Assembly: GCA_964016885.1 (NCBI GenBank)
Contig: OZ024743.1
Location: 219,666,001 to 219,730,000 of the forward strand
DNA from: Eledone cirrhosa
Lineage: Eukaryota
Direction of reading: 5' to 3'
Length of the DNA stretch: 64,000 nucleotides
Numbering within the stretch: the stretch's first letter is position 1; every line of letters starts with the position of its first letter. The notes under the pieces are model-generated. The model was not told where the DNA came from. It did not search any database and saw nothing but the letters and a program-made list of their open reading frames with translations. This document shows, piece after piece, positions 46,200 through 60,800 of the stretch. Made by a program: the position numbers and the translations under genes.

Positions 46200-49100
46200 G
46201 ATTGTTTTTAGAACGCCAGATAGAATGTTGTTAGAACGCCAGATAGAATGTTGTATGAACCCCAGATAGAATGTTGTTAGAACGCCACATAGATTGTTGT
46301 ACGACCGCCAGATAGAATCTTGTATGAACACCAGATAGAATGTTGTACGAACGGCGGATAGATGTTGTTAGAACGCCAGATAGAATGTTGTTAGAACGCC
46401 ACATAGAATGTTGTATGAACGCCAGATAGAATGTTGTATGAACGGCGGATAGATGTTGTTAGAACGCCAGATAGAATGTTGTTAGAACGCCACATATAAT
46501 GTTGTATGAACGCCATATAGAATGTTGTTAGAAGGCCAGATAGAATGTTGTATGAACGCCAGATAGAATGTTGTTAGAAGGCCAGATAGAATGTTGTTAG
46601 AACACCAGATAGAATGTTGTATGAACGCCAGATAGAATGTTGTATGAACGCCAGATAGAATGTTGTTAGAAGGCCAGATAGAATGTTATTAGTACGCCAG
46701 ATAGAATGTGGTATGAACGCCAGATAGAATGTTGTTAGAACACCAGATAGAATGTTGTTAGAACGCCAGATAGCATGTTGTATGAACGCCAGATAGAATG
46801 TTGTTAGAACGCCACATAGAATGTTGTATGAACGCCAGATATAATGTTGTTAGAAGGCCAGATAGAATGTTATTAGTACGCCAGATAGAATGTGGTATGA
46901 ACGCCAGATAGAATGTTGTTAGAACACCAGATAGAATGTTGTTAGAACGCCAGATGTAATTTTGTTAGAACGCCAGATAGAATGATGTATGAACGCCAGA
47001 TAGAATGTTGTTACAACGTCAGATAGAATGTTGTTAGAACGCCAGAGAGAATTTTGTTAGAACGCCAGATACAATGATGTATGAACGCCAGATAGAATGT
47101 TGTATGAACGCCAGATAGAACGTTGATAGAATGCCAGATAGAATGTTGTATGAACACCGGATAGAATGTTGTTAGAACGACGAATAGAATGTTGTTAGAA
47201 CACCAGATAGAATGTTGTATGAACGCCACATAGAATGTTGTATGAACGCCAGAATGAATGTTGTATGAACGCCAGATAGAATATTGTGAGAAACGCCAGA
47301 TAGAATGTTGTATGAACGCCAGATAGAATTTTGTATGAACGCCAGATAGAATGTTGTATGAACGCCAGATAGAATGTTGTTAGAACACCACATAGAATGT
47401 TGTTAGAACGCCAGATAGAACTTTGTTACGACGCCAATTAGAATGTTGTTAGAACTTCGGATAGAATGTTGTATGAACGCCAGATAGAATGTTGTTAGAA
47501 CTCAGGATAGAACGTTGTTAGAACGCCAGATAGAATGTTGTTAGAACACCAGATAGAATGTTGTTAGAACGCCAGATAGAACGTTGTTAGAACGCCAAAT
47601 AGAATGTTGTTAGAACGCCAGATAGAATGTTGTTAGAACAGCAGATAGAATTTTGTTAGAACGCCAGATAGAATGTTGTATGAACGCCAGATAGAATGTT
47701 GTATGAACGCCAGATAGAATGTTGTTAGAACACCAGATAGAATTTTATTAGAACGCCAGACGAATGTTGTATGAACGCCAGATAGAATGTTGTTAGAACG
47801 CCAGAATGAATGTTGTATGAACGCCAGATAGAATGTTGTATGAACGCCAGATAGAATGTTGTATGAACGCCAGATAGAATGTTGTATGAACGCCAGATAG
47901 AATGTTGTTAGAACGCCAGATAGAATGTTGTATGAACGCCAGATAGAATGTTGTTAGAACGCCACATAGATTGTTGTACGACCGCCAGATAGAATCTTGT
48001 ATGAACACCAGATAGAATGTTGTATGAACGGCGGATAGATGTTGTTAGAACGCCAGATAGAATGTTGTTAGAACGCCACATAGAATGTTGTATGAACGCC
48101 AGATAGAATGTTGTATGAACGGCGGATAGATGTTGTTAGAACGCCAGATAGAATGTTGTTAGAACGCCACATAGAATGTTGTATGAACGCCAGATAGAAT
48201 GTTGTTAGAAGGCCAGATAGAATGTTGTATGAACGCCAGATAGAATGTTGTTAGAAGGCCAGATAGAATGTTGTTAGAACACCAGATAGAGTGTTGTATG
48301 AACGCCAGATAGAATGTTGTATGAACGCCAGATAGAATGTTGTTAGAAGGCCAGATAGAATGTTATTAGTACGCCAGATAGAATGTGGTATGAACGCCAG
48401 ATAGAATGTTGTTAGAACACCAGATAGAATGTTGTTAGAACGCCAGATAGCATGTTGTATGAACGCCAGATAGAATGTTGTTAGAACGCCACATAGAATG
48501 TTGTATGAACGCCAGATAGAATGTTGTTAGAAGGCCAGATAGAATGTTATTAGTACGCCAGATAGAATGTGGTATGAACGCCAGATAGAATGTTGTTAGA
48601 ACACCAGATAGAATGTTGTTAGAACGCCAGATATAATTTTGTTAGAACGCCAGATAGAATGATGTATGAACGCCAGATAGAATGTTGTTACAACGTTAGA
48701 TAGAATGTTGTTAGAACGCCAGAGAGAATTTTGTTAGAACGCCAGATACAATGATGTATGAACGCCAGATAGAATGTTGTATGAACGCCAGATAGAACGT
48801 TGATAGAACGCCAGATAGAATGTTGTATGAACACCGGATAGAATGTTGTTAGAACGACGAATAGAATGTTGTTAGAACACCAGATAGAATGATGTATGAA
48901 CGCCAGATAGAATGTTGTATGAACGCCAGAATGAATGTTGTATGAACGCCAGATAGAATATTGTGAGAAACGCCAGATAGAATGTTGTATGAACGCCAGA
49001 TAGAATTTTGTATGAACGCCAGATAGAATGTTGTATGAACGCCAGATAGAATGTTGTTAGAACACCAGATAGAATGTTGTTAGAACGCCAGATAGAACTT

Positions 49101-51400
49101 TGTTACGACGCCAATTAGAATGTTGTTAGAACTTCGGATAGAATGTTGTATGAACGCCAGATATAATGTTGTTAGAACTCAGGATAGAACGTTGTTAGAA
49201 CGCCAGATAGAACGTTGTTAGAACGCCAAATAGAATGTTGTTAGAACGCCATATAGAATGTTGTATGAACGCCAGATAGAATGTTGTATGAACGCCAGAT
49301 AGAATGTTGTATAAACGCCAGATAGAATGATGTTAAAACGCCAGATAGAATGTTGTTAGAACAGCAGATAGAATTTTGTTAGAACGCCAGATAGAATGTT
49401 GTATGAACGCCAGATAGAATGTTGTATGAACGCCAGATAGAATGTTGTTAGAACACCAGATAGAATTTTATTAGAACGCCAGACGAATGTTGTATGAACG
49501 CCAGATAGAATGTTGTTAGAACGCCAGAATGAATGTTGTATGAACGCCAGATAGAATGTTGTATGAACGCCAGATAGAATGTTGTATGAACGCCAGATAG
49601 AATGTTGTATGAACGCCAGATAGAATGTTGTTAGAACGCCAGATAGAATGTTGTATGAACGCCAGATAGAATGTTGTTAGAACGCCACATAGATTGTTGT
49701 ACGACCGCCAGATAGAATCTTGTATGAACACCAGATAGAATGTTGTATGAACGGCGGATAGATGTTGTTAGAACGCCAGATAGAATGTTGTTAGAACGCC
49801 ACATAGAATGTTGTATGAACGCCAGATAGAATGTTGTATGAACGGCGGATAGATGTTGTTAGAACGCCAGATAGAATGTTGTTAGAACGCCACATAGAAT
49901 GTTGTATGAACGCCAGATAGAATGTTGTTAGAAGGCCAGATAGAATGTTGTATGAACGCCAGATAGAATGTTGTTAGAAGGCCAGATAGAATGTTGTTAG
50001 AACACCAGATAGAGTGTTGTATGAACGCCAGATAGAATGTTGTATGAACGCCAGATAGAATGTTGTTAGAAGGCCAGATAGAATGTTATTAGTACGCCAG
50101 ATAGAATGTGGTATGAACGCCAGATAGAATGTTGTTAGAACACCAGATAGAATGTTGTTAGAACGCCAGATAGCATGTTGTATGAACGCCAGATAGAATG
50201 TTGTTAGAACGCCACATAGAATGTTGTATGAACGCCAGATAGAATGTTGTTAGAAGGCCAGATAGAATGTTATTAGTACGCCAGATAGAATGTGGTATGA
50301 ACGCCAGATAGAATGTTGTTAGAACACCAGATAGAATGTTGTTAGAACGCCAGATATAATTTTGTTAGAACGCCACATAGAATGTTGTATGAACGCCAGA
50401 TAGAATGTTGTTAGAAGGCCAGATAGAATGTTATTAGTACGCCAGATAGAATGATGTATGAACGCCAGATAGAATGTTGTTACAACGTTAGATAGAATGT
50501 TGTTAGAACGCCAGAGAGAATTTTGTTAGAACGCCAGATACAATGATGTATGAACGCCAGATAGAATGTTGTATGAACGCCAGATAGAACGTTGATAGAA
50601 CGCCAGATAGAATGTTGTATGAACACCGGATAGAATGTTGTTAGAACGACGAATAGAATGTTGTTAGAACACCAGATAGAATGATGTATGAACGCCAGAT
50701 AGAATGTTGTATGAACGCCAGAATGAATGTTGTATGAACGCCAGATAGAATATTGTGAGAAACGCCAGATAGAATGTTGTATGAACGCCAGATAGAATTT
50801 TGTATGAACGCCAGATAGAATGTTGTATGAACGCCAGATAGAATGTTGTTAGAACACCAGATAGAATGTTGTTAGAACGCCAGATAGAACTTTGTTACGA
50901 CGCCAATTAGAATGTTGTTAGAACTTCGGATAGAATGTTGTATGAACGCCAGATATAATGTTGTTAGAACTCAGGATAGAACGTTGTTAGAACGCCAGAT
51001 AGAATGTTGTTAGAACGCCAGATAGAACGTTGTTAGAACGCCAAATAGAATGTTGTTAGAACGCCATATAGAATGTTGTATGAACGCCAGATAGAATGTT
51101 GTATGAACGCCAGATAGAATGTTGTATAAACGCCAGATAGAATGATGTTAAAACGCCAGATAGAATGTTGTTAGAACAGCAGATAGAATTTTGTTAGAAC
51201 GCCAGATAGAATGTTGTATGAACGCCAGATAGAATGTTGTATGAACGCCAGATAGAATGTTGTTAGAACACCAGATAGAATTTTATTAGAACGCCAGACG
51301 AATGTTGTATGAACGCCAGATAGAATGTTGTTAGAACGCCAGAATGAATGTTGTATGAACGCCAGATAGAATGTTGTATGAACGCCAGATAGAATGTTGT
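46200..51400. repeat. HOR domain D: about three copies of a ~1.7-kb unit (73-75 monomers)
   Basis: Marker gtacgaccgccagatagaatcttg occurs at ~46299, ~47976 and ~49699. Pseudo-ORF start offsets are 1677 and 1723. Each unit has paired 22-bp gaacggcggatagatg monomers and gaaggcc / tgtggtatg variants. Confidence 0.88.
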
Positions 51401-54400
51401 ATGAACGCCAGATAGAATGTTGTATGAATGCCAAATAGAATGTTGTATGAACGCCAGATAGAATGTTGTTAGTACGCCAGATGAATGCTGTTTGAAAGCC
51501 ATATAGAATGTCGTTAGAACACCAGATAGAATGTTATTAGAACGCCAGATAGAATGTTGTTAGAACGCTAGATAGAATGTTGTATGAACGCCAGGTAGAA
51601 TGTTATATGAACGCCAAATAGAATGTTGTTAGAACGACAGATAGAATGTTGTATGAACGCCAGATAGAATGATGTTAAAACGCCAGATAGAATGTTGTTA
51701 GAACACCAGATAGAATGTTGTATGAACGCCAGATAGAGTGTTGTATGAACGCCAGATAGAATGTTGTATGAACGCCACAGAATTTTGTTAGAACGCCATA
51801 TCGAATGTTGTATGAACGCCAGATAGAATGTTGTATGAACGCCAGATAGAATGTTGTATGAACACCGGATAGAATATTGTTAGAACGCCGAATAGAATGT
51901 TGTTAGAACGACATATAGAATGTTGTATGAACGCCAGATAGAATGATGTTAAAACGCCAGATAGAATGTTGTTAGAACACCAGATAGAATGTTGTATGAA
52001 CGCCAGATAGAGTGTTGTATGAACGCCAGATAGAATGTTGTATGAACGCCACATAGAATTTTGTTAGAACGCCAGATAGAATGTTGTATTAACGCCAGAT
52101 AGAATGTTGTATGAACGCCAGATAGAATGTTGTTAGAACGCCAGATAGAATGTTGTATGAACACCGGATAGAATGTTGTTAAAACGCCAGATAGAATGTT
52201 GTTAGAACACCAGATAGAATGTTGTATGAACGCCAGATAGAATGTTGTATGAACGCCAGATAGAATGTTGTATGAACGCCAGATAGAATGTTGTTAGAAC
52301 GGCGAATAGAATATTGTTAGAACGCCAGATAGAATATTGTATGAACGCCGGATAGAATGTTGTTAGAACGCCGAATAGAATATTGTTAGAACGCCAGATA
52401 GAATGTTGTATGAACGCCAGATAGAATGTTGTTAGGACGCCAGATAGAATGTTGCATGAACACCGGATAGAATGTTGTTAGAAAGCCGAATAGAAAGGTT
52501 GTTAGAACGACAGATAGAATGTTGTATGAACACCTGATAGAATGTTGTTAAAACGCTGAATAGAATATTGTTAGAACGCCAGATAGAATGTTGTGTGAAC
52601 GCCAGATAGAAAGATGTTAAAACGCCAGATAGAATGTTGTTAGAACACCAGATAGAATGTCGTATGAACGCCAGATAGAATGTTGTATGAACGCCAGATA
52701 GAATTTTGTTAGAACACCAGATAGAATGTTGTATGAACGCCAGATAGAAAGATGTTAAAACGCCAGATAGAATGTTGTTAGAACACCAGATAGAATGTCG
52801 TATGAACGCCAGATAGAATGTTGTATGAACGCCAGATAGAATTTTGTTAGAACGCCAGATAGAATGTTGTATGAACGCCGGATAGAATGTTGTATGAACG
52901 CCAGATAGAATGTTGTATGAACGCCAGATAGAATGTTGTATGAACACCGGATAGAATGTTGTTAGAACGCCAGATGGAATGTTGTATGAACACCGGATAG
53001 AATGTTGTTAAAACGCCAGATAGAATGTTGTATGAACGCCAGATAGAATGTTGTATGAACGACAGATAGAATGTTGTAAGAACGCCAGATAGAATGTTGT
53101 ATGAACGCAAGATAGAATGGTTTTAGAACGCCAAATATAATGTTGTTAGAACTCCAGATAGAATGTTGTTAGAACGCCAGATAGAACGTTGTTACAACGC
53201 CAGATAGAATGTTGTTAGAACTCCGGATAGAATGTTGTATGAACGCCAGATAGAACGTTGTTAGAACGCCGAATAGAAAGGTTGTTAGAACGCCAGATAG
53301 AATGTTGTATGAACGCCAGATAGAATGTTGTTACCACACCTGATAGAATGTTGTTAGAACCCCAGATAGAATGTTGTTAGAACGCCAGATAGAATGTTGT
53401 ATGAACGCCAGATAGAATGTTGTATGAACGCCAGATGGAACGTTGTTAGAACGCCAGATAGAATGTTGTTAGAATGCCAGATAGAATGTTGTATCAACGC
53501 CAGATAGAATGTTGTATGAACGCCAGATAGAACGTTGTTAGAAAGCCAGATAGAATGTTGTTACAACGTTAGATAGAATGTTGTTAGAACGCCAGATAGA
53601 ATTTTGTTAGAACGCCAGATACAATGATGTATGAACGCCAGATAGAATGTTGTATGAACGCCAGATAGAACGTTGATAGAACGCCAGATAGAATGTTGTA
53701 TGAACACCGGATAGAATGTTGTTAGAACGCCGAATAGAATGTTGTTAGAACACCAGATAGAATGTTGTATGAACGCCAGATAGAGTGTTGTATGAACGCC
53801 AGATAGAATGTTGTATGAACGCCAGATAGAATATTGTTAGAAACGCCAGACAGAATGTTGTATGAACGCCAGATAGAATTTTGTATGAACGCCAGATAGA
53901 ATGTTGTATGAACGCCAGATAGAACGTTGTTAGACCGCCACATAGAATGTTGTACGAACGCCAGATAGAATGTTGTATGAACGCCAGATAGAACGTTGTT
54001 AGAACGCCACATAAAATGTTGTTAGAACGCCAGATAGAATGTTGTACGAACGCCAGATAGAATGTTGTTAGAAGGCCAGATAGAATGTTATTAGTACGCC
54101 AGATAGAATGTGGTATGAACGCCAGATAGAATGTTGTTAGAACACCAGATAGAATGTTGTTAGAACGCCAGATATAATTTTGTTAGAACGCCAGATAGAA
54201 TGATGTATGAACGCCAGATAGAATGTTGCTACAACGTTAGATAGAATGTTGTTAGAACGCCAGAGAGAATTTTGTTAGAACGCCAGATACAATGATGTAT
54301 GAACGCCAGATAGAATGTTGTATGAACGCCAGATAGAACGTTGATAGAACGCCAGATAGAATGTTGTATGAACACCGGATAGAATGTTGTTAGAACGACG

Positions 54401-57400
54401 AATAGAATGTTGTTAGAACACCAGATAGAATGTTGTATGAACGCCAGATAGAATGTTGTATGAACGCCAGAATGAATGTTGTATGAACGCCAGATAGAAT
54501 ATTGTGAGAAACGCCAGATAGAATGTTGTATGAACGCCAGATAGAATTTTGTATGAACGCCAGATAGAATGTTGTATGAACGCCAGATAGAATGTTGTTA
54601 GAACACCAGATAGAATGTTGTTAGAACGCCAGATAGAACTTTGTTACGACGCCAATTAGAATGTTGTTAGAACTTCGGATAGAATGTTGTATGAACGCCA
54701 GATAGAATGTTTTTAGAACTCAGGATAGAACGTTGTTAGAACGCCAGATAGAATGTTGTTAGAACACCAGATAGAATGTTATTAGAACGCCAGATAGAAC
54801 GTTGTTAGAACGCCAAATAGAATGTTGTTAGAACGCCATATAGAATGTTGTATGAACGCCAGATAGAATGTCGTATGAACGCCAGATAGAATGTTGTATA
54901 AACGCCAGATAGAATGATGTTAAAACGCCAGATAGAATGTTGTTAGAACAGCAGATAGAATTTTGTTAGAACGCCAGATAGAATGTTGTATGAACGCCAG
55001 ATAGAATGTTGTATGAACGCCAGATAGAATGTTGTTAGAACACCAGATAGAATTTTATTAGAACGCCAGACGAATGTTGTATGAACGCCAGATAGAATGT
55101 TGTTAGAACGCCAGAATGAATGTTGTATGAACGCCAGATAGAATGTTGTATGAACGCCAGATAGAATGTTGTATGAACGCCAGATAGAATGTTGTATGAA
55201 TGCCAAATAGAATGTTGTATGAACGCCAGATAGAATGTTGTTAGTACGCCAGATGAATGCTGTTTGAAAGCCATATAGAATGTCGTTAGAACACCAGATA
55301 GAATGTTATTAGAACGCCAGATAGAATGTTGTTAGAACGCTAGATAGAATGTTGTATGAACGCCAGGTAGAATGTTATATGAACGCCAAATAGAATGTTG
55401 TTAGAACGACAGATAGAATGTTGTATGAACGCCAGATAGAATGATGTTAAAACGCCAGATAGAATGTTGTTAGAACACCAGATAGAATGTTGTATGAACG
55501 CCAGATAGAGTGTTGTATGAACGCCAGATAGAATGTTGTATGAACGCCACATAGAATTTTGTTAGAACACCATATAGAATGTTGTATGAACGCCAGATAG
55601 AATGTTGTATGAACGCCAGATAGAATGTTGTATGAACACCGGATAGAATATTGTTAGAACGCCGAATAGAATGTTGTTAGAACGACATATAGAATGTTGT
55701 ATGAACGCCAGATAGAATGATGTTAAAACGCCAGATAGAATGTTGTTAGAACACCAGATAGAATGTTGTATGAACGCCAGATAGAGTGTTGTATGAACGC
55801 CAGATAGAATGTTGTATGAACGCCACATAGAATTTTGTTAGAACGCCAGATAGAATGTTGTATTAACGCCAGATAGAATGTTGTATGAACGCCAGATAGA
55901 ATGTTGTTAGAACGCCAGATAGAATGTTGTATGAACACCGGATAGAATGTTGTTAAAACGCCAGATAGAATGTTGTTAGAACACCAGATAGAATGTTGTA
56001 TGAACGCCAGATAGAATGTTGTATGAACGCCAGATAGAATGTTGTATGAACGCCAGATAGAATGTTGTTAGAACGGCGAATAGAATATTGTTAGAACGCC
56101 AGATAGAATGTTGTATGAACGCCGGATAGAATGTTGTTAGAACGCCGAATAGAATATTGTTAGAACGCCAGATAGAATGTTGTATGAACGCCAGATAGAA
56201 TGTTGTTAGGACGCCAGATAGAATGTTGCATGAACACCGGATAGAATGTTGTTAGAAAGCCGAATAGAAAGGTTGTTAGAACGACAGATAGAATGTTGTA
56301 TGAACACCTGATAGAATGTTGTTAAAACGCTGAATAGAATATTGTTAGAACGCCAGATAGAATGTTGTGTGAACGCCAGATAGAAAGATGTTAAAACGCC
56401 AGATAGAATGTTGTTAGAACACCAGATAGAATGTCGTATGAACGCCAGATAGAATGTTGTATGAACGCCAGATAGAATTTTGTTAGAACACCAGATAGAA
56501 TGTTGTATGAACGCCAGATAGAAAGATGTTAAAACGCCAGATAGAATGTTGTTAGAACACCAGATAGAATGTCGTATGAACGCCAGATAGAATGTTGTAT
56601 GAACGCCAGATAGAATTTTGTTAGAACGCCAGATAGAATGTTGTATGAACGCCGGATAGAATGTTGTATGAACGCCAGATAGAATGTTGTATGAACGCCA
56701 GATAGAATGTTGTATGAACACCGGATAGAATGTTGTTAGAACGCCAGATGGAATGTTGTATGAACACCGGATAGAATGTTGTTAGAACGCCAGATAGAAT
56801 GTTGTATGAACGCCAGATAGAATGTTGTATGAACGACAGATAGAATGTTGTATGAACGCCAGATAGAATGTTGTATGAACGCCAGATAGAATGGTTTTAG
56901 AACGCCAAATATAATGTTGTTAGAACTCCAGATAGAATGTTGTTAGAACGCCAGATAGAACGTTGTTACAACGCCAGATAGAATGTTGTTAGAACTCCGG
57001 ATAGAATGTTGTATGAACGCCAGATAGAACGTTGTTAGAACGCCGAATAGAAAGGTTGTTAGAACGCCAGATAGAATGTTGTATGAACGCCAGATAGAAT
57101 GTTGTTACCACACCTGATAGAATGTTGTTAGAACCCCAGATAGAATGTTGTTAGAACGCCAGATAGAATGTTGTATGAACGCCAGATAGAATGTTGTATG
57201 AACGCCAGATGGAACGTTGTTAGAACGCCAGATAGAATGTTGTTAGAATGCCAGATAGAATGTTGTATCAACGCCAGATAGAATGTTGTATGAACGCCAG
57301 ATAGAACGTTGTTAGAAAGCCAGATAGAATGTTGTTACAACGTTAGATAGAATGTTGTTAGAACGCCAGATAGAATTTTGTTAGAACGCCAGATACAATG

Positions 57401-57820
57401 ATGTATGAACGCCAGATAGAATGTTGTATGAACGCCAGATAGAACGTTGATAGAACGCCAGATAGAATGTTGTATGAACACCGGATAGAATGTTGTTAGA
57501 ACGCCGAATAGAATGTTGTTAGAACACCAGATAGAATGTTGTATGAACGCCAGATAGAGTGTTGTATGAACGCCAGATAGAATGTTGTATGAACGCCAGA
57601 TAGAATATTGTTAGAAACGCCAGACAGAATGTTGTATGAACGCCAGATAGAATTTTGTATGAACGCCAGATAGAATGTTGTATGAACGCCAGATAGAACG
57701 TTGTTAGACCGCCACATAGAATGTTGTACGAACGCCAGATAGAATGTTGTATGAACGCCAGATAGAACGTTGTTAGAACGCCACATAAAATGTTGTTAGA
57801 ACGCCAGAGAGAATGTTGTA
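50450..57820. repeat. HOR domain E1: duplication with 3772-3774-bp period (164 monomers)
   Basis: Pseudo-ORF offsets are 51171/54943 = 3772, and 51788/55562, 52432/56206 and 53722/57496 = 3774. The shift is explained by a 2-bp deletion (gccacagaat) at ~51775 in the first copy. Confidence 0.9.
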
Positions 57821-60800
57821 CGAACGCCAGATAGAATGTTGTATGAACGCCAGATATAACGTTGTTAGAACGCCAGATAAAATGTTGTTAGAACACCAGA
57901 TAGAATGTTGTTAGAACGCCTGATAGAACGTTGTTACAACGCTAATTAGAATGTTGTTAGAACTCCGGATAGAATATTGTATGAACGCCAGATAGAATGT
58001 TGTTAGAACTCAGGATAGAACGTTGTTAGAACGCCAGATAGAATGTTGTTAGAAACCCAGATAGAATGTTGTTAGAACGCCAGATAGAATGTTGTTAGAG
58101 GGCCAAATAGAATGTTGTTAGAACTCCATATAGAATGTTGTATGAACGCCAGATAGAATGATGTTAAAACGCCAGATAGAATGTTGTTAGAACACAAGAT
58201 AGAATGTTGTATGAACGCCAGATAGAATGTTGTATGAACGCCAGATAGAATGTTGTATGAACGCCAGATAGAATTTTGTTAGAACTCAGGATAGAACATT
58301 GTTAGAACGCCAGATAGAATGTTGTATGAACGCAAGATAGAATGTTTTTAGAACGCCAGACAGAATGCTGTTAGAACGCCAGATAGAATGTTGTTAGAAC
58401 GCCGAATAGAATATTGTTAGAACGCCAGATAGAATGTTGTATGAACGCCAGATAGAATGATGTATGAACGCCAGATAGAATGTTGCATGAACACCGGATA
58501 GAATGTTGTTAGAACACCGAATAGAAAGGTTGTTAGAACGACAGATAGAATGTTGTATGAACACCTGATAGAATGTTGTTAAAACGCCGAATAGAATATT
58601 GTTAGAACGCCAGATAGAATATTGTATGAACGCCAGATAGAACGATGTTAAAACGCCAGATAGAATGTTGTTAGTACACCAGATAGAATGTTGTATGAAC
58701 GCCAGATAGAGTGTTGTATGAACGCCAGATAGAGTGTCGTATGAACGCCAGATAGAATGTTGTATGAACGCCAGATAGAATTTTGTTACAACGCCAGATA
58801 GAATGTTGTATGAACGCCAGATAGAATGTTGTATGAACGCCAGATAGAATGTTGTATGAACACCGGATAGAATGTTGTTAGAACGCCAGATAGAATGTTG
58901 TATGAACACCGGATAGAATGTTGTCAGAACGCCGAATAGAATGTTGTTAGAACGACAGATAGAATGTTGTCTGAACGCCAGATAGAATGTTGTTAGAACG
59001 CCAGATAGAATGTTGTATGAACGCCAGATAGAATGTTGTATGAACGACAGATAGAATGTTGTATGAACGCCAGATAGAATGTTGTATGAACGCCAGATAG
59101 AATGTTTTTAGAACGCCAAATAAAATGATGTTAGAACTCCAGATAGAATGTTGTTAGAACGCCAGATAGAACGTTGTTACAACGCCAGATAGAATGTTGT
59201 TAGAACTCCGGATAGAATGTTGTATGAACGTCAGATAGAACGTTGTTAGAACGCCGAATAGAAAGGTTGTTAGAACGCCAGATAGAATGTTGTATGAACG
59301 CCAGATAGAATGTTGTTACCACACCTGATAGAATGTTGTTAGAACCCCAGATAGAATGTTGTTAGAACGCCAGATAGAATGTTGTATGAACGCCAGATAG
59401 AATGCTGTATGAACGCCAGATAGAACGTTGTTAGAACGCCAGATAGAACGTTGTTAGAAAGCCAGATAGAATGTTGTTAAAACACCAGATAGAATGTTGC
59501 TAGAACGCCAGATAGAATGTTGTTAGAAAGCCGGATAGAATGTTGTTAGAAAGCCGGATAGAATGTTGTATGAAAGCCAGATAGAATATTGTTAGAACGC
59601 CAGATAGAATGTTGTTAGAACGCCAGATAGAATGTTGTATGAACGCCAGATAGAATGTTGTATGAACGCCAGATAGAATGTTGTTAGAACGCCAGATAGA
59701 ACGTTGTTAGAACGCCAGATAGAATGTTGTAAAAACGCCAGATAGAATTTTGTATGAACGCCAGATAGAATATTGTTAAAACGCCAGATAGAACGTTGTT
59801 AGAACGCCAGATACAATGTTGTATGAACGCCAGATAGAATGTTGTATGAACGCCAGATAGAATGTTGTATGAAGGCCAGATAGAATATTGTTAGAACGCC
59901 AGATAGAATGTTGTATGAACACCAGATAGAATGTTGTTAGAACGCCAGATAGAATGTCGTTAGAATGCCGGATAGAAGTTTGTTAGAACGCCAGATAGAA
60001 TGTTGTATGAACGCCAGATAAAACGTTGTTAGAACTCCGGATAGAACGTTGTTAGCACGCCAGATAGAATGTTGTATAAACGCCAGATAGAATGTTGTAT
60101 GAACGCCAGATAGAACGTTGTTAGAAAGACAGATAGAATGTTGTTAAAACGCCAGATAGAATGTTGCTAGAACGCCAGATAGAATGTTGTTAGAAAGCCG
60201 GATAGAATGTTGTTAGAAAGCCGGATAGAATGTTGTTATAACGCCAGATAAAATGCTGTATGAACGCCAGGTAGAATGTTATATGAACGCCAGATAGAAC
60301 GTTGTTAGAACGCCAGATAGAATGTTGTTAGAATGCCAGATAGAATGTTGTATGAACGCCAGATAGAATGTTGTATGAACGCCAGATAGAACGTTGTTAG
60401 AAAGCCAGATAGAATGTTGTTAAAACGCCAGATAGAATGTTGCTAGAACGCCAGATAGAATGTTGTTAGAAAGCCGGATAGAATGTTGTTAGAAAGCCGG
60501 ATAGAATGTTGTATGAAGGCCAGATAGAATATTGTTAGAACGCCAGATAGAATGTTGTTAGAACGCCAGATAGAATGTTGTATGAACGCCAGATAGAATG
60601 TTGTATGAACGCCAGATAGAATGTTGTTAGAACGCGAGATAGAACGTTGTATGAACGCCAGATAGAATGTTGTCAGAACACCAGATAGAATGTTGTTAGA
60701 ACGCCAGATAGAACGTTGTTAGAACACCACATAGAATGTTGTAAAAACGCCAGATAGAATTTTGTATGAACGCCAGATAGAATATTGTTAGAACTCAGGA

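Noticed and set aside
18603-60274. CAGGTAG (Zelda/TAGteam motif) at a handful of sites, e.g. ~18604, 22877, 30624, 51593, 55364
   Set aside because: It is one transition away from consensus CAGATAG and spread by duplication. The organism is unknown and there is no enrichment evidence.
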